This document shows, piece after piece, positions 10,879 to 18,481 of a DNA stretch of 64,000 nt; within the stretch, counting starts at the first letter, position 1; the number at the start of each line of letters is the position of its first letter. The notes under the pieces were generated by a model that saw only the letters and a program-made list of their open reading frames with translations, did not search any database and was not told the origin of the DNA. The position numbers were made by a program, and so were the translations under genes. This stretch comes from an uncultured Burkholderiales bacterium (GTDB taxonomy: Bacteria > Pseudomonadota > Gammaproteobacteria > Burkholderiales > Burkholderiaceae_C), in contig CALMYH010000002.1 in NCBI GenBank assembly GCA_937873395.1, positions 1,961 to 65,960 on the forward strand. Direction: 5' to 3'.

Positions 10879-11493
10879 ATGTCCACTTTGCGCAGCTACA
10901 TCTTTCTGGACCGCTTGCAGCCACAACTGATGTGTTTGCTGGGGTCGACCGCTCGCGGCTTCTTGCCGCGCCACAACGACGCGGCCATGGTCATTGAAGT
11001 GGCACCCGGCATGGACATCGAGTGGCTGACCGACGTGGCCCTGAAGCACGACAACGTCAAACCCGGCAACCTGGTGGTGGAGCGGCAGTTCGGCTACCTG
11101 GAGTTTCACGGCCAGTCCTCGTCATCGGTGAAGTCGGCCGGCGCAGCGGTGCTGGAGGCCATGGGCGTGAGCGAAAAAAGCGCACTCAAGCCCGAGATCC
11201 TGGCGTCCAAGGTGATCGACCGGGTGGACGGCTACCACGCCTTCCTGATCAACCGCAGCAAGTCCGGCAGCATGCTCTTACCCGGCGAGTCGCTCTACAT
11301 CATGGAGATGACCACATCGTCGTACGCGCTGCTGGTGGCCAACGAAGCCGAAAAGGCCGCCAACGTCAAACTCATCGACTGCCGCTTCATGGGGCCTGCC
11401 GGACGTCTGTACCTCTCGGGGGATGCCTCGGACGTGCGCGCCGCCGCTGCGGTGGCCGAGGCTGTGATCCGCGACGCGAGAGGTGGCGTATGA
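10879..11493 (+). CDS. BMC-T shell protein (tandem BMC domains), paralog 1
   Basis: There are two BMC-like repeats. The first contains DVALKHDNVKPG...FGYLEFHGQSSSSVKSAGAAV. The second contains ANEAEKAANVKLID...GRLYLSGDASDVRAAAAVAEA. Confidence 0.85.
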   Translation: MSTLRSYIFLDRLQPQLMCLLGSTARGFLPRHNDAAMVIEVAPGMDIEWLTDVALKHDNVKPGNLVVERQFGYLEFHGQSSSSVKSAGAAVLEAMGVSEKSALKPEILASKVIDRVDGYHAFLINRSKSGSMLLPGESLYIMEMTTSSYALLVANEAEKAANVKLIDCRFMGPAGRLYLSGDASDVRAAAAVAEAVIRDARGGV

Positions 11494-12413
11494 GCGCCGA
11501 GGCCTTGCGCGAGCAGATCCGGGCTCAGGTGCGTACCGCTGTGGCGGCTCACACCGCCCCTGACCAGGGCGCCGCTGTGGCGGCCCTGATGCAGCGCTTT
11601 GAAGCCGGTTACGCCACCGCCAACGCCGAGGCCATCGTGGCCTGCTTTGCGCCCGATGTGGTTTGGGCCCTGCCCGACGCGCGCGTGCTCAACGGGCGCG
11701 CGGCCTGCCTGGCGTTCCTGAAGGAACGCTTTGCCAGCCCCGCAGGCCCGCAATTTGCCGACTCGCGCATGCATGTGCTGGGCCGGACCGTGGTGCAAAA
11801 CTACAAGGTCAGCCTGCCCCTGCCCGGCGGCCAGACGGTCACGCTGGACGGCGCCGACGTGTACCAGATCCGTGACGGGCTGATTGCGCGCAAAGACGCG
11901 TACTGGAAACAGATCGGTGCGGGCAAGCCGGGAACAGCCGCCGCACCGGCGGCCCCGGGCGCGGCATCCGTCGGCGTGGTCGTGCCCTTGCGCGTGGGCA
12001 CAGCCGCTGGCATCCAGGCGCTGAGCGAGCTGTACAAGCGGCTGGCCGCGAGCCCTGCGCTGCTGCAGGCGGCCCAGAACGGTGTGTTGCGCTTTGACTT
12101 GCGCGTGGACGAAGGACATGCGCTGGGCACGTCGGCCATGGCCGCCACCACCGCCATCGGCCCGGCTGCCTGCTGTGAGTCGTGCAAGGCAGGCAAATCC
12201 TGTGATTGCAAAGGCGACCACTGCGATCTGCATGAACACAAGACCGCCGAGGCCGTGCCCGAGCTTCACGGCGTGATCGGCGAGAAATTGCTCAGAACCC
12301 TGCCGCCAGGCGTGAAAACCGTTCGGCTGCATCCCAAGGCGGTCATGACGCCCTTGGGCAAGGATGCACTGCGCAAGCGCGGCATCACCATTGACCGAGG
12401 AGCCCAGCCATGA
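11490..12413 (+). CDS. Uncharacterised BMC-locus protein: N-terminal SnoaL/NTF2-like domain, Pro/Ala linker, Cys/His-rich cluster and a short C-terminal domain
   Basis: ATGA overlaps occur at both ends (11490/11493 and 12410/12413). The NTF2-like segment includes FAPDVVW...DVYQIRDGLIARKDAYW. The cluster reads CCESCKAGKSCDCKGDHCDLHEH. The start lies inside the longer ORF 11022..12413. Confidence 0.7.
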   Translation: MSAEALREQIRAQVRTAVAAHTAPDQGAAVAALMQRFEAGYATANAEAIVACFAPDVVWALPDARVLNGRAACLAFLKERFASPAGPQFADSRMHVLGRTVVQNYKVSLPLPGGQTVTLDGADVYQIRDGLIARKDAYWKQIGAGKPGTAAAPAAPGAASVGVVVPLRVGTAAGIQALSELYKRLAASPALLQAAQNGVLRFDLRVDEGHALGTSAMAATTAIGPAACCESCKAGKSCDCKGDHCDLHEHKTAEAVPELHGVIGEKLLRTLPPGVKTVRLHPKAVMTPLGKDALRKRGITIDRGAQP

Positions 12414-12679
12414 AGACCGGAACCGTGATTGGCCGCATCGTGGCCAGCAAACGCCTGCCCGAGCTGCCTGCGGGTGCCTTGCTGGAGGTGCAGCTGGACT
12501 ACCCCAAAGATGTGGTGGTTTGCTACGACCCATTGGGCTGCGGCATCGGTGAGCGCGTAATGATCACCATCGGCGCGCCCGCGGTCTGGTGGTTTGCGCC
12601 CGCACAGCAGCGCGTGGTGGCCGATGCGCTGATCATCGCTTCGCTCGACAACTACGACACGCCCACGCCCATGCGCTAA
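12410..12679 (+). CDS. BMC-P vertex protein (EutN/CcmL family pentamer)
   Basis: It is 89 aa and begins MKTGTVIGRIVASKRLPELPAGALLEVQ, which fits the EutN/CcmL beta-barrel pattern. Confidence 0.85.
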   Translation: MKTGTVIGRIVASKRLPELPAGALLEVQLDYPKDVVVCYDPLGCGIGERVMITIGAPAVWWFAPAQQRVVADALIIASLDNYDTPTPMR

Positions 12680-12745
12680 GGCTGAAGCCGCACGTTTTTC
12701 CTTTCCCCAACCCGTTGTTTTTCAACTCTTTATCAGGAGACTCTC

Positions 12746-13018
12746 ATGTCACAAGCCATCGGAATGATCGAGACCAAAGGTTATGTCAGCGCCTTCGCTG
12801 CAGCGGACGCCATGGTCAAAGCCGCCAACGTCAACATCGTGGGCAAGAAGGAAGTGGGCGGAGGCCTGGTGGCCATCATCGTCTCGGGCGATGTGGGCGC
12901 GGTCAAGGCTGCCACAGAGGCGGGGGCGGAAGCGGCCGGGGCGATTGGCGAAGTGGTGTCGTGCCACGTCATTCCCCGTCCGCATGCCGACGTGCAGAAG
13001 GCCTTTGACGGCAAGTGA
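12746..13018 (+). CDS. BMC-H hexameric shell protein (PduA/EutM/CcmK type)
   Basis: It has a canonical single BMC domain: [26 protein letters not shown]...[23 protein letters not shown]...HVIPRPH. The RBS AGGAGA is strong. Confidence 0.95.
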   Translation: MSQAIGMIETKGYVSAFAAADAMVKAANVNIVGKKEVGGGLVAIIVSGDVGAVKAATEAGAEAAGAIGEVVSCHVIPRPHADVQKAFDGK

Positions 13019-13056
13019 GCTGTTTCACCCGATAGGACCGTCTGGAAGGAGGCCGC

Positions 13057-13722
13057 ATGGCCACACGCAAACTCCCTGCAGCGTCGGCGCGTCCGGCGGC
13101 CGAGCTGCGGGTCTATCTGACGTTGACCGATCTGCAGGCCCAGTTTTCCTCGTGGATGAGTTCTCCGCTGGGTGCGCGCGGTTATGTCGCGATGCAGGGT
13201 ACCCACTCGCTGTTGGTGGAGATCGCCCCCGGGCTTTCGATCCAGCGGGTGATCGACCTGGCGCTCAAGGCCGAGCCCACCCTGGAGCCTGGCATTCTGG
13301 CGGTGGAGCGGCAGTTTGGCATTCTGGAGCTGCACAGCCAGGACCGCGCTGCGCTGGAGCGCGGGGGACAGGCCATTCTGGACTGGCTGGGTGCCCGGCC
13401 CCAGGACCAGCTGCGCCCGCAACTGCTCTACAGCGACATTCTGGACAACGTGACCGACCAGCACGCGGTGCTGATGAACCGAACCCGCCAGGCCAACATG
13501 GTGCTGCCCGGACAGAACCTGTTGCTGATGGAGGTGGCGCCGGCCCTGTTTGGTGCCCACATGGCCAACGAGGCCGAGAAGGTGGCACCCGATGTGACGC
13601 TGGTGGAGTGCAGCATGATCGGTGCCAGCGGTCGGATGTACCTCAGCGGCAATATGGCCTCGCTGGAAAAGGCCAAGGCCCACGTGGAGCAGTTGCTGCA
13701 GCAGATCCCGGGGCGGGGATAG
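13057..13722 (+). CDS. BMC-T shell protein (tandem BMC domains), paralog 2
   Basis: It has the same architecture as 10879..11493 (VERQFGILELH, ANEAEKVAPDVTLVE...GRMYLSGNMASLEKAKAHVE). It carries an extra ~16-aa N-terminal extension. Confidence 0.85.
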   Translation: MATRKLPAASARPAAELRVYLTLTDLQAQFSSWMSSPLGARGYVAMQGTHSLLVEIAPGLSIQRVIDLALKAEPTLEPGILAVERQFGILELHSQDRAALERGGQAILDWLGARPQDQLRPQLLYSDILDNVTDQHAVLMNRTRQANMVLPGQNLLLMEVAPALFGAHMANEAEKVAPDVTLVECSMIGASGRMYLSGNMASLEKAKAHVEQLLQQIPGRG

Positions 13723-13728
13723 CGTCCC

Positions 13729-14523
13729 TTGAGTGTGCACGCCGCCGCGTTGCCGTGGTCCATGCCTTTATTGTGCACGGCACTGGCGGTGTCGCTGGGT
13801 GCCGGGTTTGTGCGCGGCTTTGCCGGTTTTGGCTACTCGGCCCTGGTGGTTCTGGGTCTGTCTCTGCTGGTCTCGCCCGCCACCGTGGTGCCGGCGGTGC
13901 TGATGCTGGAGGTGATTGCCAGCGCCGGACTGCTTCGAGGCAGCTGGCCGCATGTCGATCGCAGCTGGCTGCGGGCGCTGTCGCTGGGCACCCTGATGGT
14001 GACCCCGCTGGGCATGGTCTGCCTGGCCTGGCTGCCCGAAGGCGTGGCGCGGCTGGGGGTAGGCTGCACGGTCCTGTTGTGTGCTTGCTTTCTTCGTGCC
14101 GCAGGTCACCGTTCCCCGTCCGACAGCGCCGCCTTGCGGGCCGTTGCCGGCGTCGGGGCGGGCTGGCTCAACGGCCTGGCGTCCAGCGGAGGTGTGTGGG
14201 CCGCACTGTGGATGACCGGCGCGGGCGTTCCAGCGGCAGCGATGCGCGCGACCATGGACGTCTTTCTGTTCTCGGGCGGTGTTTACGCCCTGCTGTGGGC
14301 CGCCGCCCTGTCGCTCGGGCAGGACAGCGATCGCCTGCTGAGTTCGGCCACCCTGGGATGGGTCGGTCTGCTGCTGCCCACCATGTGGCTGGGCATGGTC
14401 TGGGGCCGGCGTTGCGTGGCGGCTGTCAACCCCGGCCGGCTGCGCCATCTGGTGCTGAACCTGCTGATCGCGATGGCCAGTGTGGGCGTGTTGCGGGCGC
14501 TGCTGGGGCTGCAGAAGCTGTGA
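13729..14523 (+). CDS. TauE/SafE (TSUP) family sulfite/anion exporter
   Basis: It is a polytopic membrane protein with the glycine-rich motif GAGFVRGFAGFGYS typical of TSUP/TauE. The start codon is uncertain: TTG at 13729, GTG at 13735 or ATG at 13762. Confidence 0.78.
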   Translation: MSVHAAALPWSMPLLCTALAVSLGAGFVRGFAGFGYSALVVLGLSLLVSPATVVPAVLMLEVIASAGLLRGSWPHVDRSWLRALSLGTLMVTPLGMVCLAWLPEGVARLGVGCTVLLCACFLRAAGHRSPSDSAALRAVAGVGAGWLNGLASSGGVWAALWMTGAGVPAAAMRATMDVFLFSGGVYALLWAAALSLGQDSDRLLSSATLGWVGLLLPTMWLGMVWGRRCVAAVNPGRLRHLVLNLLIAMASVGVLRALLGLQKL

Positions 14524-14549
14524 TGGAGACGCCCCGGGTCCCCTGAGCT

Positions 14550-16274
14550 TCAGCCGCGGTCGAGCGTGTCCTGCATCATAGACAGGCGCATGTCGAACTC
14601 GGGCCAGACCCAGCGCCAGAAGCTGGTCTGAGCGGTTTGCCAGCGCGGAGCAACGGCGCCGCCGGCAGCGCCGATGCGCGCCCATGCCCATGCCATGAGC
14701 AGCATCGCCACGGCGCGCAGGAAGTCGTCGGCCAGCCAGTGCGGCAGGTCCGCGGGAGCGTTCTTGGCGGTGGCGCGGGGCAGCAGTCTGGCTTGAAGAA
14801 AGGCGATGAACCGGGTGAGTTCGGTCTTTGCCCGCATGGCTTGTTCGTCATTGCCCAGCTCGGTGCCGAGGTCGGCCAGCAGTTGGCGCAGAGCGGCGCC
14901 GCCGTCGGGCAGGGTCTTGCGCAGCAGCAGGTCGATGGCCTGGATCTCGTTGGTGCCCTCGTAGATCATGGCCACGCGCGCGTCGCGAACCACCTGCTCG
15001 ATGCCCCACTCGCGCACATAGCCGTGGCCACCGAACACCTGCAGGCAGGCGCTGGCGCCATGGAAAGCCTGATCGGTCCAGGCGGCCTTGAGCACGGGCG
15101 TGACCAGCGCGCACCAGCGGCCGGCGGTTTCGCGCCGTTGTGCGTCTGGGTGGTGCTTGATGATGTCCAGCTCGACTGCGGTGCGGTACGCGACCACGCG
15201 GCCAGCGTCGATCCAGGCGCGCTGGGTATCGAGGATGCGGCGCATGGCCGGATGCGCCTCGATGAGATCCGCTTCGCCCGCTTTGGCGTTGCCACCGGGG
15301 GCGCGCATCTGGCGCCGTTCTTTGGCGTAGGTGTCTGCCTTCTGCCAGGCGGCTTCGAGCAGGCCGATGCCCTGCAGGCCCACATGCAGGCGGGCGGCGT
15401 TCATCATCACGAACATCGCGTTCAGGCCTTTGCCCGGCTCGCCGACGATCCAGCCCGGTGCCTCGTCGAAGCGCATGACGCAGGTGGGGCTGCCATGCAG
15501 GCCCATCTTTTCCTCGATGCGTTCGCAGAACACAGCGCTGCGCGTGCTGTCTTCATAAAACTTGGGCACCAGGAACAGCGACAGGCCCTTGGGTCCGGGC
15601 GGACTGTCGGGCAGGCGGGCCAGCACCAGGTGCACGATGTTGTCGGTCAGGTCGTGTTCACCACCGGAGATGAAGATCTTGGTGCCGGACAGCGCGTAGC
15701 GGCCGTCGGCCTGCGGAACCGCCTTGGTGCGGCACAGGCCGAGGTCGGAGCCGGCGTGTGGCTCGGTCAGGCACATGGTGGCCAGCCATTCGCCGGTGGC
15801 GACCTTCTCCAGGTAGGTGGCCTTCAGTTCGTCGGACGCGTGGTGCTTGATGCACTCGTAGGCGCCGTGCAGCAGGCCGGGCGCCATGGTCCAGCCGTGA
15901 TTGGCAGCGCTGAGCATCTCGTACAGCATGGCCTCCAGCACGGCGGGCAGGCCCTGGCCACCGTCTTCCGTGGCACAGGCCAGCGAAGGCCAGCCCGCCT
16001 GCCAGAAGGCTTGATAGGCGTCACGGAAGCCCGGTGGCATGGTGACAGCGCCGCCCCTGAGATGCGCACCGATTTCGTCACCGTCTCGGTTGAGCGGGGC
16101 GACCACTTCGGCCACGAACTTGCCCGACTCCTCCAGCACCTGCTGCATCAGATCGGCGTCGACCTCGGCCCCGTGACCCGAATACTGGGGCAGGGTCTGC
16201 AACTGGGTCGGTGCCTGCAGTGCCTGCTGCAGGATGAAGAACATGTCGTCGGTGCGGGGCTGAAAGTGGTTCAC
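14550..16274 (-). CDS. Long-type acyl-CoA dehydrogenase
   Basis: ACAD motifs are present (CLTEPHAGSDLG, IFISGGEHD, GGHGYVREWGIEQVVRDARVAMIYEGTNEIQ). I chose the GTG at 16274, with the ATG at 16244 as an alternative. The 902-aa ORF is an artefactual upstream read-through across neighbouring genes. Confidence 0.9.
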   Translation of the reverse strand: MNHFQPRTDDMFFILQQALQAPTQLQTLPQYSGHGAEVDADLMQQVLEESGKFVAEVVAPLNRDGDEIGAHLRGGAVTMPPGFRDAYQAFWQAGWPSLACATEDGGQGLPAVLEAMLYEMLSAANHGWTMAPGLLHGAYECIKHHASDELKATYLEKVATGEWLATMCLTEPHAGSDLGLCRTKAVPQADGRYALSGTKIFISGGEHDLTDNIVHLVLARLPDSPPGPKGLSLFLVPKFYEDSTRSAVFCERIEEKMGLHGSPTCVMRFDEAPGWIVGEPGKGLNAMFVMMNAARLHVGLQGIGLLEAAWQKADTYAKERRQMRAPGGNAKAGEADLIEAHPAMRRILDTQRAWIDAGRVVAYRTAVELDIIKHHPDAQRRETAGRWCALVTPVLKAAWTDQAFHGASACLQVFGGHGYVREWGIEQVVRDARVAMIYEGTNEIQAIDLLLRKTLPDGGAALRQLLADLGTELGNDEQAMRAKTELTRFIAFLQARLLPRATAKNAPADLPHWLADDFLRAVAMLLMAWAWARIGAAGGAVAPRWQTAQTSFWRWVWPEFDMRLSMMQDTLDRG

Positions 16275-16303
16275 GGCGGGAGCTTCCGAAAGCGGAGGAG
16301 GGG

Positions 16304-16984
16304 TCAGCGAGGCTTGGCCTCGGCGGCCTTGTCGGGTGAACCCTCCAGGCCGGCCAGCAGCGCCTGGCTGTTGCCGGGGATGACCATCTGGAACTTGCTG
16401 TCGACGGTGGTGTAGTCGAAGTAGCCCATGCGCGCGATGGGCCGGATCTTGAGGACGTCGACCAGGCCGTTGCTGTCGATGTATTGGTCGTCGATGTGGA
16501 TCGCCACCACACGACCGAATACCACGTCCACCGTGCCCATGGGCGGGGTGCCCGGAAAGCGCAGGGTGTTGAGGTATTCGCACTCGAACTGGATGGGTGA
16601 TCCCTTGACGCGCTTGGGCCGAACCCGCCGGCTGTCGAGCTTTTCCAGTCCGGCGCGTTCGAACTCGTCGACGCCGAAGGGCAGTTCTTCGGCGCTGATG
16701 TTGACCGCTTCGCGCAGCTCCCAGGTGGCCATGTTCCAGACGAACTGGCCCATCTGCTCGGCGTTGCGCACCGAGTCCTTGCGCTCCCCCTGGGTGGTCT
16801 GGTTCGCGCTGAACATGACGATCGGCGGGTCGAAGGTCACGTTCTGGAACTGGCTGTAGGGCGCGAGGTTGTCTCGGCCCTGCGCGTCCACGGTGGAGAT
16901 CCAGCCGATGGGGCGAGGCACCACGCACGACTTGAACGGGTCGTGCGGCAGTCCATGGGGTGTCTTGCCGGGTTCGTAGTACAT
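16304..16984 (-). CDS. Flavin reductase-like (FMN-binding split-barrel) protein
   Basis: The segment FKSCVVPRPIGWISTVDAQGRDNLAPYSQF is a typical flavin reductase domain. The start is at MYYEPG. Confidence 0.85.
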   Translation of the reverse strand: MYYEPGKTPHGLPHDPFKSCVVPRPIGWISTVDAQGRDNLAPYSQFQNVTFDPPIVMFSANQTTQGERKDSVRNAEQMGQFVWNMATWELREAVNISAEELPFGVDEFERAGLEKLDSRRVRPKRVKGSPIQFECEYLNTLRFPGTPPMGTVDVVFGRVVAIHIDDQYIDSNGLVDVLKIRPIARMGYFDYTTVDSKFQMVIPGNSQALLAGLEGSPDKAAEAKPR

Positions 16985-17013
16985 GGGCTCGCCTTCGGAA
17001 CTGGGGGTCAGGG

Positions 17014-17997
17014 TCAGCTGTCGGCAGAGAAGCCGATTTCCTTGACGATGCCGCGCCACAGGTCGGCGTCGGCCTTGAGCCAGGCAGCCAACTGGTCGGG
17101 TGTGGACGATTGGGCCTCCATGCCCCGTTGCCCCAGGTTCTCCACCACGCCCGGGTCATTGAGTACCGGTTGCAGATAGGCCGCCGCCCGGCGGCGCACA
17201 TCTTCAGAAGCTGTGCCCGGCAGGAAGAAGCCGAACCACTCCCGCATGGACAGGTCAATGCCTTGCTCCCGGAGCGTGGCTACACCGGGCGTGAACGGGG
17301 TGCGCTGCGGACCGGTGGTGGCGAGCACGCGCAGCCGGCCGGTCTGGATGTGCTGAAGGTAGTCGCCCACGGGCGAACACATGGCCGAGACCTGACCGCC
17401 CAGCAAATCCTGGATGCCGGGGGCCGAGCCGCGGTAAGGCACATGGGTCAGTTCGGTGCCGGTTTTTCGGGCCACCAGCGCGGCCGCCAGATGGGGCATG
17501 GAGCCTGCCCCGGGTGAGCCATAGTTGGCCCGGGAAGGATTGGCTTTGGCCCACGCCAGAAAATCCTTCATGTTTTTCACGCTGTCGGGTACTGCGGGGC
17601 CCACCCCAAAGGCGTGGCTCATGAAGCAGGCCACCGAAACCGGCGCCACATCGTTGATGGTGTAGGGCAGCCGGGCGTAGGTGAAGGGGTAGATCGACAG
17701 CATGGACGATGGGGTCATCAACAACGTGTTCCCGTCGGGCGCGGCGTCCTTGACCGCCGTGATGGCCAGTTGACCGCCAGCGCCGGCGCGGTTCTCAACG
17801 ATCACGTTGCTGGCGTAGCTTCCCCGCAGCCGTTCGGCCACCAGGCGGGCCAGGGCGTCTGTGGTGCCGCCCGGCGGGAATCCGACCAGGATGCGGGCCA
17901 CGTCTCGGTTTTGGGCCAGCGCAGTGAGTGGCAGTCCAACGGCCGAGAAGGCAGCTGCACCCAGAACGGTTTGCGTGAATTGACGACGGTTGCTCAT
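17014..17997 (-). CDS. Bug-family (tripartite tricarboxylate transporter) substrate-binding protein
   Basis: The signal peptide ends ALAQ. It carries the Bug hallmarks VGFPPGGTTD and NRAGAGG. Confidence 0.9.
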   Translation of the reverse strand: MSNRRQFTQTVLGAAAFSAVGLPLTALAQNRDVARILVGFPPGGTTDALARLVAERLRGSYASNVIVENRAGAGGQLAITAVKDAAPDGNTLLMTPSSMLSIYPFTYARLPYTINDVAPVSVACFMSHAFGVGPAVPDSVKNMKDFLAWAKANPSRANYGSPGAGSMPHLAAALVARKTGTELTHVPYRGSAPGIQDLLGGQVSAMCSPVGDYLQHIQTGRLRVLATTGPQRTPFTPGVATLREQGIDLSMREWFGFFLPGTASEDVRRRAAAYLQPVLNDPGVVENLGQRGMEAQSSTPDQLAAWLKADADLWRGIVKEIGFSADS

Positions 17998-18051
17998 GCG
18001 AGTCTCCTTTGGGGGTGGTGATGGTGGTTCGGGCTCTGGCGGCCCTTGCGC

Positions 18052-18471
18052 TCAAGTACACAAAGCCTTGATGTCCTCGGGCACCACGATGGCTTTGATG
18101 CGGTCCGGGTCCTCGGGGTGGCGCATGCAGAACGCGCGGGTTTCCGTGCCTTCGCACAGCACGGTGTCCCCCCGTTTGACCACGTGTTTGTGGATGAACA
18201 CCTTCTCGCGCCATTCGATGACGCTGGTGTGGATTTGCAGCCGCTCGCCGTAGGTGGCGGGCTTCATGAACTTCGTGTTGATTTCCAGCAGCGGCGTGCC
18301 GATGATGCCGGTGGTCTTGACCAGCTCGCGCCAGGGCGGCACGCCGCATTGAACGAAGAAGTTCAGCGACGAGGCGTCCATCCATTTCGAGAAATTGGGA
18401 AAGAAGACGATGCCGGCCGGGTCGCAATCGCCGAACATCACCTCGACTTCATACACAACGGTTTTGCTCAT
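18052..18471 (-). CDS. Hotdog-fold acyl-CoA thioesterase (4HBT/YbgC-like)
   Basis: The segment VEVMFGDCDPAGIVFFPNF has the typical catalytic Asp context. The start is at MSKTVVYE. Confidence 0.85.
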   Translation of the reverse strand: MSKTVVYEVEVMFGDCDPAGIVFFPNFSKWMDASSLNFFVQCGVPPWRELVKTTGIIGTPLLEINTKFMKPATYGERLQIHTSVIEWREKVFIHKHVVKRGDTVLCEGTETRAFCMRHPEDPDRIKAIVVPEDIKALCT

Positions 18472-18481
18472 GGCGTGTCCT

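Noticed and set aside
12735-12748. An identical 14-mer, AGGAGACTCTCATG, upstream of BMC-H (12735..12748) and of dctP2 (28271..28284).
   Set aside because: It is simply a strong Shine-Dalgarno sequence plus spacer plus ATG. There is no extended flanking similarity that would indicate a repeat element or a recombination junction.
14550-17258. In-frame upstream extensions that turn real genes into giant ORFs. These are the 902-aa ORF over the ACAD, 18482..20158, 19258..20667, 24219..25850, 59858..61234, 62509..63666 and 63006..63860.
   Set aside because: The extensions run across neighbouring, well-supported genes and lack family similarity. Internal starts with RBS-like sequences, or start/stop coupling, give proteins of canonical length.
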